Shown here in pieces: positions 20,711 through 31,106 of a DNA stretch of 64,000 nt. Source of the stretch: an uncultured Verrucomicrobiae bacterium (GTDB lineage: Bacteria; Verrucomicrobiota; Verrucomicrobiia; Chthoniobacterales; JAFAMB01); NCBI GenBank assembly GCA_963782115.1, contig CAWAIK010000003.1:224001-288000 (forward strand), given 5' to 3'. Positions within the stretch are counted from its first letter, which is position 1. Each line of letters starts with the position of its first letter. A model generated the notes under the pieces. That model saw only the letters and a list, made by a program, of their open reading frames with translations. It was not told the origin of the DNA and ran no database searches. The position numbers and the translations under genes were made by a program.

Positions 20711-21451
20711 TTACGGTACTCCCGCGTCGATTGGTATTCGTTCGAGCTGCTCAAGGAGTTGGTGGTCGGACGAGGCGACGTCTTTCGTGCTAAACAGGTC
20801 AAAAGTCTTCCGCGAGGCCGCAGTCTGCTCGGAGGCCAGAATCAGAACCCGAGCAAGATCGCCACGCGAAATCTTTGGTCCAGCTGTTAGCTTGTGAATC
20901 GCTCTGGTAATCCGAATCTGAGCGCCGCCGGCAGGCGCGTTTGTGAGGATCGGCGCACGCACAATAGCGTAGTCAAGCCCGCTGGCTCGCAGATAAACTT
21001 CTCTTTCCCTCAGGTTACGCTGAAGACCGCATTTGAATCTATCGAGAATGCGAATCATGACGGACGACCGGTCTGCGCCGACGACCGACGGGAGAACGAT
21101 CCGTCCCTCGAAGCCAATTGCCTGCGCCGAGTCGACTACGTTCAGCAGCCCTTGGTAAGTTACGTTGCGGATTATGGTCTCCGATGCGAACAGGCCGCGA
21201 CCGTCAATTCCACCTGTCGCAGCAACCGTGAAAAATATAGCCTTGAAGTTTTCGGCGATGGCGTCGCGGACCGACCGGGCGTCCGTCACATCACCGTGGT
21301 GTATAGACGCTCGATTTCCGAAGAGCCGCCTGGCTTTACCGGGATCGCGAGCCAGAACTTGGACACTTGATCCACCTTGCAACAATTGCTGAGTAATCAG
21401 TAAGCCCGTACCGCGCGTCGCTCCGATAATGCAGAATTTCGGGTCATTCAA
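20711..21451 (-). CDS. Atypical SDR / NAD(P)H-binding oxidoreductase
   Basis: IIGATRGTG Rossmann motif, SGLDYAIVR, ISRGDLA. Confidence 0.85.
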   Translation of the reverse strand: MNDPKFCIIGATRGTGLLITQQLLQGGSSVQVLARDPGKARRLFGNRASIHHGDVTDARSVRDAIAENFKAIFFTVAATGGIDGRGLFASETIIRNVTYQGLLNVVDSAQAIGFEGRIVLPSVVGADRSSVMIRILDRFKCGLQRNLREREVYLRASGLDYAIVRAPILTNAPAGGAQIRITRAIHKLTAGPKISRGDLARVLILASEQTAASRKTFDLFSTKDVASSDHQLLEQLERIPIDAGVP

Positions 21452-22359
21452 TTTGCGCGCCCGGGTGCGACGTTAGTGTCTGTCCCAGTGTCTGTCCCCA
21501 AAATAGCAAGCTGCTGAAGTTCGTCGGGCGTAAGATTCAATCTAGCGGCCGCCACATTTTCCTGCAGATGAGCCATCGAGGTTGTTCCGGGAATCGGAAG
21601 GATGTTTGGAGCGCGGTGGAGCAGCCAGCTCAAGGCCACTTGTGTCGACGTCGCTCCAAGCCGTTTGCCGGTATCGGCAAGAACTCCTTCAGCAGAAGCT
21701 AACGGCGCCCCGTGCTTCATCGGGTCGGCTCCCAAGGGGCCATACGGCACGAACGCAACTCCTTCGCGAGCGCAATAATCCACGATGGGATCTGCCTGGC
21801 GCTCCCCGACGCTGTACCGGTTCTGAACCGAAGCGATCTGGGCAATTGACCGCGCCTCTTCAAGCTGTTGGACCGTGATGTTGGAAAGCCCTATGAGTCG
21901 AATTTTCCCTTCCCGCTGGAGCCGAGCCAGACCCAGAACAGATTCACTCAACGGCACATCCGGATCAACCCAATGAAGTTGGTACAAGTCTATGCAGTCT
22001 AAGCGCAAGTTTTTGAGACTTTCTTCGCAGTCACTTCGCAGACCATCCGGACTTCCGTCCAGGTATCGCTCAGTAGCCGATTTTTTTACCACCCCACCCT
22101 TGGTCGCAATGAAGAGCCCTTCCCGGTACGGGTGAAGAGCTTTCGCAATAAGTCGCTCGTTCCAACCGGGTCCATAAGCTCTGGCCGTGTCAAAAAAATT
22201 AATCCCAAGTTCGAGTGCGCGTTGCAGAACCTTTTTGCCATCGTCCCAAGCCTCATAAGCTCCAAAGTTACCGGGTTGCCCAGTCAAACGCATCGCGCCA
22301 TAGCCCAGTCGGCGCACCTCCGTGCCATCATTGAACCGAAATGTGAGAGCAGGTTGCAT
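21448..22359 (-). CDS. Aldo/keto reductase
   Basis: LGYGAM, FFDTARAYG, DLYQLH and IPGTTS motifs. Confidence 0.93.
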   Translation of the reverse strand: MQPALTFRFNDGTEVRRLGYGAMRLTGQPGNFGAYEAWDDGKKVLQRALELGINFFDTARAYGPGWNERLIAKALHPYREGLFIATKGGVVKKSATERYLDGSPDGLRSDCEESLKNLRLDCIDLYQLHWVDPDVPLSESVLGLARLQREGKIRLIGLSNITVQQLEEARSIAQIASVQNRYSVGERQADPIVDYCAREGVAFVPYGPLGADPMKHGAPLASAEGVLADTGKRLGATSTQVALSWLLHRAPNILPIPGTTSMAHLQENVAAARLNLTPDELQQLAILGTDTGTDTNVAPGRAN

Positions 22360-22496
22360 AGGAAATCTCTTTACGCCTGAAGGACGCCTTTGCGTAGTCT
22401 ATTTTATGCAAAGGATTTCAGAAGAAATTTCTTCAAAAAGCGTTTCTCCCGGCCTCTGCCTGAGGAAAGTTTCTGCCGGTAAAGAAAGGATTCAGT

Positions 22497-23662
22497 ATGC
22501 GAATTACCCAAATCCGAGAAAAAACCGTCCCCATCGCCTCACCGATTTCCAATGCCTACATCGATTTTTCCAAAATGACCTGCTCGCTGGTGGCGGTCGT
22601 CACCGACGTAGTCCGTAACGGCAAGCCTGTGCTCGGCTACGGATTCAGCTCCAATGGCCGCTACGGCCAGGGTTGCCTCATCCGCGAGCGATTCCGCCCA
22701 GCATCCTCGAGGCCGATCCAAAAACGCTGATCGACGAGGAACACGACAATCTCGATCCCGCCAGGATCTGGGCATGCATGATGTCCAACGAAAAGCCGGG
22801 CGGGCACGGCGAACGCTCGGTTGCGGTTGGCACCATCGACATGGCCGTGTGGGATGCGGTGGCCAAGATCGCTGAGAAGCCGCTCTTTCAACTCTTGGCG
22901 GAGCGTTACGGCAACAGCGTCGCGGACCGGAAGGTTTTTGTGTATGCCGCTGGCGGTTACTATTATCCGGGTAAGGGGCTGGATGGCCTTAAGCGCGAGA
23001 TGCGCGGCTATTTCGACCGTGGCTACACAGTGGTGAAAATGAAGATCGGCGGGATCCCACTTCACGAAGACCTGCTTCGTATTGAAGCCGTGCACGCAGC
23101 ACTGGCTCCCGGTCAGCAACTTGCGGTTGATGCTAACGGCCGCTTCGATAAGGCAACAGCCATTGCCTATGCCAAGCCGCTCTCCCAGTATAATCTCTTT
23201 TGGTATGAGGAAGCCGGCGACCCGCTTGATTATGAACTTCAGGCAGAGCTGGCGAAGCACTACCCGGCTTCGATGGCCACAGGCGAGAACCTGTTCTCCA
23301 TGCAGGACGCGCGAAATCTTATCCGCTACGGAGGGATGCGCCCCGACCGCGATTGGCTTCAGTTCGACTGTGCACTGAGCTATGGACTGGTCGAATACCT
23401 CCGTATCTTGGAAATGCTGAAGGACTACGGATGGTCTGCCCGTCGCTGTATTCCGCACGGCGGTCATCAAATGTCGCTCAATATCGCAGCCGGCCTCAGG
23501 TTGGGCGGCAATGAGTCGTATCCCGACTTGTTCCAGCCATATGGAGGGTTCCCGGACGGCGTGGAGGTCCAAGGAGGTTATATCACCATGCCGGAGCTAC
23601 CGGGGATCGGTTTCGAGGGAAAATCCGATCTTTATCGCGAGATGCAAGCCCTCAGCAGTTGA
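22497..23662 (+). pseudogene. Mandelate racemase/enolase-superfamily enzyme (D-tartrate dehydratase-like), split by a -1 frameshift near 22700
   Basis: ORFs 22497-22730 and 22673-23662 join as ...IRERF.P[R]ILEAD...; KMKIGG, DANG, EEAG and TGEN catalytic motifs. Confidence 0.85.
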
Positions 23663-23700
23663 CCCATTCCAGTCGCTTCTCCTAACATTGATCAAACGAC

Positions 23701-24477
23701 GTGACTACCGGCGAATCGGAGATCCACCGACTTCTGAAGGAACAGGCGTTCCTTTGGGCGTACGATCGTGGTTTTCGTTGCTGCGCTATGGAGGTCCGTG
23801 CTCCACGATCACGATTCCGAGTCGATGTCGCGGCCATCCGTTTGGACCGCTTGCACGGCGAACCGACCGTTGCGGTGTTTGAATGCAAACAAAACCGGGA
23901 AGACCTTGACCGCGACAATCAGCGACGCAGCGAACTCAAGGCGAAGTTGAAAACGCTGCAGGAACGCCGGGATAAGCTCGAGTGCCTTCTAGCTGTGCAT
24001 CATCCAACTCTTCGAACCTCGGATTCGCTCTTCCCGGAATGGGCGACCTTTGATTTCAGCGCGATCGATCACGCTGCTTACAGGCAGACGGTCCGAAAGA
24101 TTGCCTGCATTCAACGTCAACTTTTCGAAAACACGAAGTTCGACCTAATGACCGGGTACAAACTGGGGAACCTGCACTATTTGGTTGCCACGGCCGGGTT
24201 GCTCCATGAACACGAGGTGCCGCTTGGTTGGGGCCTGCTCGAAGCGGATGGAAAAGAGGGAATCATTGAGAAGCACATTCCGACCCGCTTCTCAGGAATC
24301 GAGATGCTGCGATGGCTGGAACGAATTGCGAAGGCAGCGACTCTTCAAAACACCAAGCCTATCCGCGAGCGTCACCGGAGGGGAAACGTGTCAGCGGACC
24401 GGCGTGTGGGTGTATCGGCGAGCCTGGATATCGTGCGGCCCGGCTCCAATTTCCTTCTAATCAGACAACGAGACTAA
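23701..24477 (+). CDS. PD-(D/E)xK-type protein resembling the MmcB family, with a coiled-coil insertion
   Basis: EV...R.DVAA...VFECKQ.R.D, then HYLV...EVPLGWGLLE. Confidence 0.6.
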   Translation: MTTGESEIHRLLKEQAFLWAYDRGFRCCAMEVRAPRSRFRVDVAAIRLDRLHGEPTVAVFECKQNREDLDRDNQRRSELKAKLKTLQERRDKLECLLAVHHPTLRTSDSLFPEWATFDFSAIDHAAYRQTVRKIACIQRQLFENTKFDLMTGYKLGNLHYLVATAGLLHEHEVPLGWGLLEADGKEGIIEKHIPTRFSGIEMLRWLERIAKAATLQNTKPIRERHRRGNVSADRRVGVSASLDIVRPGSNFLLIRQRD

Positions 24478-25837
24478 GCAAAAGTACGAAGATCAGGCCC
24501 AGTACCGACAAAAGGGTTTCCATCAGGGTCCAGGATTTGAAGGTGTCGGGGAGGCTCAACTGGAAGTACTCCTTTACAAGCCAGAAGCCTGCGTCGTTGA
24601 CGTGAGATAATATGATCGACCCCGATCCGACCGCCAAGACCATTAGCTCCTTACTCACGACTGGATTTGCCTGCACGAGCGGAGCCATGATTCCTGCTCC
24701 GGTGATGGTTGCCACGGTGGCAGAGCCGGTCGCGATTCTGACCACTGCGGCGGCTACCCACCCAAGTAAGAGTGGCGATATATGCGCCTGGGTAGCCCAC
24801 TGGCCAATGAGATCGCTGATTTTGGTGGCGATCAGCATCTCCTTGAACCCGCCGCCCGCGCCGACAATCAGGACCACAGCGGCGATCGCGCCCAGACTCT
24901 TATTCAGGATCCCGTCGAGATGACCCATGGAGCGTCCTCGCCGCAATTCGAGAGCGTACATCCCGAAGAAGAGGGCAATCAGGAGAGCAGCGATTGGATC
25001 GCCTACAAAGTCGATCAGGTTTTTCAGAAAACTTTGCCCGGGAAGGAAGGCATCGGCTAGTGAACGAGACATCATGAGGATGGGCGGCAGGAGGATCGTG
25101 ATGAGCACAGAAGGGAGCGAAGGTCCTGGCGCAGCCGTTGATTGAGCTCGTGCTCGGCTCGTATCCTCTGCATCGGATTCCGGCCCGGGAAAGAGGGCGC
25201 CGGCGGTGGTTCCCGAATGAACCCATCCCGCCGCGAAGTTGGCAAAAAGAGGGCCGGCTAAGATGCCGGTCGGAATCCCGACTAAGATTGCGTAGAGAAT
25301 CGTCTTTCCGGCGTCCGCATGAAAAGTGGCGACCGCCAGGGTTGGGGCCGGATGGGGTGGAACCAGAGCGTGTGCTACGGAAAGGCCGGCTAACATCGGT
25401 AAGCCAACCCTCAAAATGGGTGTATCCATCCGCTTTGAGATGACGAACGCGAGCGGTACCAGAAGAACAAAACCAACCTCAAAAAATAAAGGAAGCCCGA
25501 TCAGCAGGGAGGCCACAAACATCGTCCAGGGGATCCATTTTTTCCCACCAAGAGCGATCAGGTCATTTGCCAGGATATCCGCTCCTCCGGAAGAGATCAG
25601 GATCCCTCCTAACATTGCGCCAAGTCCTATGACAATCCCCACAAAACTGAGGACATCGCCAAAACCCTTCTCAAAATGTTTGATGACTTCCATGACTGGA
25701 AGGCCGCAAGCAATTCCGAGAAACCAGGAGGCAAGAATCAATGCGATGAACGGGTGAATACGGAATTTCGTAATGAGAACAATCAACGCGAGGATTGCAA
25801 TAACGACGACCGCGAGGCGGACAGGATCAGAGGCCAT
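24461..25837 (-). CDS. gntP: Gluconate:H+ symporter (GntP family)
   Basis: LPLFFEVGF, HALVPPHPAP, GSATVA and SHVNDAGFWLVKEY motifs. Confidence 0.92.
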   Translation of the reverse strand: MASDPVRLAVVVIAILALIVLITKFRIHPFIALILASWFLGIACGLPVMEVIKHFEKGFGDVLSFVGIVIGLGAMLGGILISSGGADILANDLIALGGKKWIPWTMFVASLLIGLPLFFEVGFVLLVPLAFVISKRMDTPILRVGLPMLAGLSVAHALVPPHPAPTLAVATFHADAGKTILYAILVGIPTGILAGPLFANFAAGWVHSGTTAGALFPGPESDAEDTSRARAQSTAAPGPSLPSVLITILLPPILMMSRSLADAFLPGQSFLKNLIDFVGDPIAALLIALFFGMYALELRRGRSMGHLDGILNKSLGAIAAVVLIVGAGGGFKEMLIATKISDLIGQWATQAHISPLLLGWVAAAVVRIATGSATVATITGAGIMAPLVQANPVVSKELMVLAVGSGSIILSHVNDAGFWLVKEYFQLSLPDTFKSWTLMETLLSVLGLIFVLLLSLVV

Positions 25838-25879
25838 AGGAATTAGGGTTTAGGTTGATTGCGAACCGGGGATAGCGGG

Positions 25880-26015
25880 ATGATGCAGTACCTCCTGCAC
25901 GGGCCTCCGATATCGGCGATTCAGGTTGATGATAAACGCTTCGTTCAGTTGCGGTTCCTCCAGTACGGCAACCTGGCTGTCCGGCAACTTTCTTCTTGAA
26001 TAAGTGACCCGTTGA
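25880..26015 (-). pseudogene. Remnant of the gluconokinase (GntK) C-terminus upstream of gntP
   Basis: Minus strand reads GHLFKKK / LPDSQVAVLEEP across a frameshift, like the GntK GHF...LL.SQF..LEEP motif. Confidence 0.5.
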
Positions 26016-26067
26016 GCGTTTCGGGCTGCAAAGAACGGTGGCGATGCGCGCGGGGGGCAGATTGTGC

Positions 26068-26096
26068 AGCATGAAGATCTTTGCGGTGGCTGTCAA
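26068..26096 (-). promoter_or_regulatory. Putative sigma-70 promoter upstream of gntP
   Basis: TTGACA-17 nt-CATGCT on the minus strand. Confidence 0.35.
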
Positions 26097-26223
26097 CCGT
26101 CGTCGTAGGATCTGTTTTTTACTGATCCTTAGGGGAGTACGGGCAACGGAGCCTTGGCAAGCAACCGGCGTTCTTGCAAGGCGTCAGCGCTCGGCCACTC
26201 AGGAAAACAAGCGCCGAGGGACG

Positions 26224-27912
26224 CTAATCGGTCACCGCGCCAAGCGACGCCGAACTGACCTGTCCTGCGTATTTGGCCAGAACACCCTTCGCATATCTCG
26301 GTTTCGGCTGCTTCCACATCTTGAGACGCGCAGTTAGTTCGGATTTGGCAATCTTGAGATCGATCATCTTCTTCTCGCCGTCGATTTCGATCCGATCACC
26401 ATTCTTGATGATCGCGATCGGTCCGCCAACAAACGCTTCCGGTGTCACATGCCCGATAACAAATCCGTGGCTGCCTCCTGAGAATCTTCCATCGGTAATC
26501 AGCGCGACGTCTTTCCCGAGTCCTTTGCCCATGATTGCAGAGGTCGGAGCCAGCATCTCGCGCATTCCAGGTCCCCCTTTTGGACCTTCGTAGCGAATCA
26601 CGATCACGTCGCCTTTCCGGATCTTGTCGTCCAGGATCGCGCGGAGCGCCTTTTCTTCGGACTCGAATACTCGCGCCTTCCCCGCGAAGCGTAGCCCTTC
26701 TTTGCCGGAAAATTTGGCAACGGCGCCTTCCGGGGCCAGATTCCCATAGAGCACGACAAGATGGCTGCTGGGCTTGATCGGATCCTTGAATCCGCGGATG
26801 ATTGTCTGCCCCGCCGGATAATCTTCCACCTTCTCGAGATTCTCTTTCAGTGTTTTCCCGCTCACCGTCATGCAGTCACCATGCAGAAGACCGTTGCCGA
26901 GAAGCATTTTCATCAGCGGCATGATCCCGCCGATCTGTACCAGTTCCCACATCACGTGCTTACCGCTCGGCTTGAGATCGGCTAATACCGGAACTCTTTT
27001 GCCAATTCGTGTCCAGTCGTCGAGTTTCAATTTGATGCCTGCGGCATTAGCCATCGCCAGCAGGTGCAACACTGCGTTGGTCGAACCACCGAGCGCGATG
27101 GCAACCGTCATCGCGTTCTCAAAGGCTTCCTTCGTCATGATATCGGACGGACGGATTCCGCGTTTGATCAATTCCACCACCGCCGCCCCTGCCAAAGCCG
27201 CGTCGGCCAGCTTTTCCTTTGAGATCGCAGCCTGCGCAGAGCTGTTGGGCAAACTCATGCCGAGCGCCTCGATCGCGGAGGCCATTGTATTCGCGGTGTA
27301 CATCCCTCCACAAGAACCTGGACCCGGAATCGCGCACGATTCGACTTGCTCCAGCTCGCCATCTGAAATCTTTCCATTGGAATGGGCACCCACGGCTTCA
27401 AAAATCGAGACGATGTCGATATTCCGATTGTCGATACAGCCTGGCAGGATCGTTCCTCCGTAAACAAACACCGCCGGCCGGTTCAACCGTGCGAAGGCTA
27501 TCAGGCAGCCAGGCATGTTTTTGTCGCAACCCCCAATTGCGACCAGCCCATCGAACCCTCCGCATCCGGCAACGGTCTCAATAGAATCTGCGATTACCTC
27601 CCTGGAGACCAGCGAGTATTTCATGCCTTCGTTTCCCATCGAGATGCCATCAGAAACCGTGATGGTGTTGAAAATGATCGATTTTCCTCCCGCTTCGTCC
27701 ACGCCCTTGGCTGATTCCCTTGCTAACTTGTCGATATGGACGTTGCAGGGAGTGACCATGCTCCAAGTGGATGCCACACCGACGATTGTCTTCTGAAAAT
27801 CCTCTTTTTTGAATCCGACCGCGTACAACATTCCACGACTGGGAGCTCTCTCCGGTCCATCTAACATCGGTCCTGAAAACTGGCGGGGGTTCGGGGCGGG
27901 CTTCGATTTCAT
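26224..27912 (-). CDS. ilvD: Dihydroxy-acid dehydratase
   Basis: [37 protein letters not shown] and TDGRFSG motifs. Confidence 0.96.
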   Translation of the reverse strand: MKSKPAPNPRQFSGPMLDGPERAPSRGMLYAVGFKKEDFQKTIVGVASTWSMVTPCNVHIDKLARESAKGVDEAGGKSIIFNTITVSDGISMGNEGMKYSLVSREVIADSIETVAGCGGFDGLVAIGGCDKNMPGCLIAFARLNRPAVFVYGGTILPGCIDNRNIDIVSIFEAVGAHSNGKISDGELEQVESCAIPGPGSCGGMYTANTMASAIEALGMSLPNSSAQAAISKEKLADAALAGAAVVELIKRGIRPSDIMTKEAFENAMTVAIALGGSTNAVLHLLAMANAAGIKLKLDDWTRIGKRVPVLADLKPSGKHVMWELVQIGGIMPLMKMLLGNGLLHGDCMTVSGKTLKENLEKVEDYPAGQTIIRGFKDPIKPSSHLVVLYGNLAPEGAVAKFSGKEGLRFAGKARVFESEEKALRAILDDKIRKGDVIVIRYEGPKGGPGMREMLAPTSAIMGKGLGKDVALITDGRFSGGSHGFVIGHVTPEAFVGGPIAIIKNGDRIEIDGEKKMIDLKIAKSELTARLKMWKQPKPRYAKGVLAKYAGQVSSASLGAVTD

Positions 27913-28060
27913 ATTTCAACAAAGTGGAATTTGGCGGACCTCGGTGGATCGTAAGTGCCTCAAAATCAACAAAACGGCAGCAGATGGAAATCGTTGGAAA
28001 AGCATGGATGTTAGCAGTCCGGGCTTCGATATTTTCTTTCAGCCCACCAAAAAATACCTT

Positions 28061-28278
28061 ATGGCAAGCGTCCACAGAAGACCAGCTTCGAAATTTTGGC
28101 AGGCCTTCTTCGTGACAGTGAAGGAAGATTGATCAGCAAATCGACCCGGCTTAAAGACCGCAAACAAGCCCAACGGGTAGCCGATACTTTGGAAATGGCC
28201 GCGCTGCGTAAGAAAAGCGCGCGCAGCACGTCCGAGCCGCGTTCGCTCAAATCTTCCAAGACACCTACCAGGAAATAA
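28061..28278 (+). pseudogene. N-terminal remnant of a tyrosine integrase (frameshift near 28110)
   Basis: MASVHRRPASKFWQAF/RDSEGRLISKSTRLKDRKQAQRVADTLE resembles an integrase arm-binding N-terminus; no catalytic domain follows. Confidence 0.6.
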
Positions 28279-28491
28279 ACTCTCCATGGATTTCGTTTTT
28301 CGCAAAATCTCCATGAGACAATGATCGGTTGGATGTGGTTAGTACACGCTCACAGGCTGTAATCTCCCCAGTACCGCTCGATCGTTAGGGCTAAGGCTTG
28401 ATTGCGGCAGATCTCCAAATCGTCGGCTATGACGTCCAGCCGGTGAACCAGTCGCAGATAAGGAGCGCTCCGGTCGCTGCGAGCGCAGGCT

Positions 28492-29340
28492 TCACTCCGT
28501 CTGCGAACCCGGCTCATGTCGCCGGAACAAGTCTAAGGAAGCCTGGAGATTGGTCAGAGAGACCACCGCCATGGTGTAGCTCGGCAAACGGCGTCGGAAA
28601 TACACGCTCTCATCTGCGCCGTTCTGCAGCAGCGTCCCCAATTTCAAGCTTTGCTCGCGAAGGGCAATTGCGATCGAGCCGGCTTCGTCCCAAAGGTCGA
28701 CTCCAGTGGCCAGACTTCGGTGTTGCAAATCAACAAGTTTCCCCACATTGCCGAGCGCCGCCCGGGCCAGGTGAATGAAATCCTGCCGGGCGAACCGCGG
28801 CCAGAGCAGGTTGGCCACGATTATCATTGAAACCACCCCAGTCAGAATCTCCAACGTTCGGGTCAGTCCGACATGCCACGCGTCCGTTGGATCGAAGATC
28901 CCGCTTGAGCTGACCGTCACGAGCGCGTTGGCACACAGTGAAAAGGCGTAAGGGAAGATCGAGCCCCCGAACATATACATGCAGATGCAGAAGAAAATGT
29001 AAACGAAGGCGAACAGGAGAAAGAACAAACGATCTTGTTCGAAATTTCCGACGAGCCATACGCCGGCGAATCCTCCAATAATGATGCCCACGACCCGGGC
29101 GACGGCCCGCGGCCCAATCGCGCCGACCTACTCGGCCGGTGCCAGGACCAGCACCGTAAATATAGCCCAGTTCGCATGACCAAGCCGGATCAATTGCGAG
29201 AGATAAACCGCCAATAGACCGGCTAGAGCGAGCTTTAATGCAAAGACCGTCTTTGGGTCCGCGACGACCGCAATCAAGTTCCTGCCAACGTCCCCAAGGC
29301 CTGCCAATTGGCGTCGATGAACGGTGACCTCAGCACTCAC
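28492..29340 (-). pseudogene. FUSC (AaeB/FusC-like) efflux membrane protein; in-frame TAG at 29128-29130 and 3' truncation
   Basis: FALKLALAGLLA...WAIFTVLVL and RTLEILTG...LLWP motifs; two ORFs in one frame separated by a stop. Confidence 0.8.
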
Positions 29341-29355
29341 AAACGAAACCTCAGG

Positions 29356-29520
29356 TCAGGGTTGCTTCGAGATTTTCGTCGATGTCGGCGAAGATTTGGA
29401 TACCACCGCCGCGGTAACTGTCTGGCCGATCCTGAGGGGAATCGGAGGTTCTCCTGTGATTCGAATACGGACAGGGAAACGCTCGGGGAATCGGACCCAA
29501 TCGACGGTTTGGATGACCGC
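29356..29520 (-). pseudogene. C-terminal remnant of a HlyD/AaeA-type membrane fusion protein
   Basis: QTVDWVRFPERFPVRIRI...LRIGQT motif directly upstream of the FUSC gene. Confidence 0.75.
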
Positions 29521-29524
29521 CGCC

Positions 29525-29659
29525 AGCGGCGAACGTCTTAACGCGGGCGACATCGTGCTGGCGGGGGCAGCCACCGCCGCAGAGGCGATGGCCGGAAAGC
29601 GGTCGCTCCTGCTAAACGTCGAGAAACTCGGGAGAGTTGGATTCACGATTCGCTCCTAA
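29525..29659 (+). pseudogene. C-terminal remnant of 4-oxalocrotonate decarboxylase / 2-keto-4-pentenoate hydratase (FAH fold)
   Basis: GERLNAGDIVLAGAATAAEA...VEKLGRVGF, directly upstream of the tautomerase gene. Confidence 0.65.
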
Positions 29660-29676
29660 CGGAAGGAAGTATTCGG

Positions 29677-29907
29677 ATGCCACTAATCGAAATCACCTTA
29701 GTTGAAGGTAGACCTGCGGAGGCGCGAGCCTCTCTGATGAAACAAATCACTGATGTCGTCGAAACGACTTTGGGTGCTCCTCGCCAGTCGATCCGCGTCA
29801 TCATTCGTGAAGTGCCCGCGTTTCACTTTGCGGTGGGCGGTGTACCGAAAGGTCCTCCCCCGGATGTGCCCAAATTTATAAATCACCATCGCCTGCGCCG
29901 CGACTAG
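29677..29907 (+). CDS. 4-oxalocrotonate tautomerase family protein
   Basis: Catalytic Pro-1, EGR, IRVIIREV and FAVGG motifs; purine-rich RBS GGAAGGAAG. Confidence 0.9.
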   Translation: MPLIEITLVEGRPAEARASLMKQITDVVETTLGAPRQSIRVIIREVPAFHFAVGGVPKGPPPDVPKFINHHRLRRD

Positions 29908-30710
29908 CCCGAACAGACCGGCCTCCCTGTCTACCCCGCAACACCAATGGACGCCGCCTGCGCCCACGCGGATTCTCCGCGAAGGCGTGAACGTCCTTCT
30001 CACCGGAACGGAGGAAATCTAAAAAGCGAACCCCGTAGCATTTGCACGTTTCACAAATACTCAACAAAATAAGATAGTCGTCTGTCCCTCCTTCTTTCGA
30101 CTTTCCGCCAATTGCTCTGCGCAGGGCTGCGAGCGCTTTAATAGCATGTTCAGCTGTGACCACAAACTTGATTCTTCCAAGATGGTGAGGAAGATCGCGC
30201 TTCAGCGAGTCGGTTTTAACAATTTTGTCGCTACTTTGTGCGCTGCTGTCGCGACTCTCGCAAAGGCGGGCAGTGACCTCGTCAGCGACTAGTTGTAATG
30301 CGAGACAGTCCTCAGCGTTATAAATGACCAGTTTGTTTCGAATAAGAGCACTCCGATCTTCTTGCCAGTCGCATCTTTGAACGACGCAATCCAATCCTGA
30401 ACAAGTAGTATCCGACCACTCAGCCCCAAGCCAACGGGCGATCTCCTTTAACCTGTTTGAAAGAACAGGGAAGTATAACTGAGCGAAGATTACCGACACC
30501 AAATTCAGTGGCTTTTTTATCCCCGCCAACACAACGGAGTCTTGTGCTGGGGCTCAGTAACGGCGGAGCATTTCTTTCAAGAATATCGTTTCATAGCTAT
30601 CGTCGTGTGGTCGTCATCGTAGACAATTTTACCGATACTGACTTCACGCCCCAGCGATTGCGAGAGCGTGAAGGCATCGAGGGCCAGCAACAGTTTATAC
30701 GGTAGGATGA
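29876..30710 (-). pseudogene. Multiply deleted remnant of a TM0106/RecB-like nuclease - IS66 transposase fusion gene
   Basis: KLLLALDAF...GKIV; YETIFLKEM; YFPVLSNRLKEIARWLG...YNAEDCLAL; then IS66-type end AEHAIKA...YLILLSICETCK...FLDFLRSGEKD. Confidence 0.65.
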
Positions 30711-31106
30711 CCGGTGCTCGCCTATGTCATTAACGGGCCTGATCCACACACTGGCGGTTAACAGGACCCCGCATTGGCAAGTCCCGCAAAAATCAGCCAG
30801 GTGCACATGGTGCAGCCGCGTTTGAAAGGCTTTTAACCCTCAATCACGCCGGAAGTGCCAGTTAGCGTCTGGCCTGGATCTTTGTCCAGAGCGCAATCCC
30901 GCTTCCAAATTGCGCCACCCCCAGCTTGTGGCTGCGTTCGACGATTGTCCGCAATCTCAAAGATCGATCTAGCGCACTAGATTTTGGTCTTGGTTTCCGC
31001 TCACTCGACGACCGATGATATGCACCACGGAGAGAGAGAGACACTGGACGAGATTGGATCCAGGTCTTTCACAGATAGGAATCAGCAACTTCGACTCAAT
31101 ATTTCT

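Noticed and set aside
22661..23572. 303-aa minus-strand ORF and similar long antisense ORFs (10002-10763, 55589-56290, 61521-62171)
   Set aside because: Shadows of well-supported genes on the opposite strand
27915..28060. tRNA or att site next to the integrase stub
   Set aside because: No cloverleaf, T-loop motif or matching direct repeat found by eye
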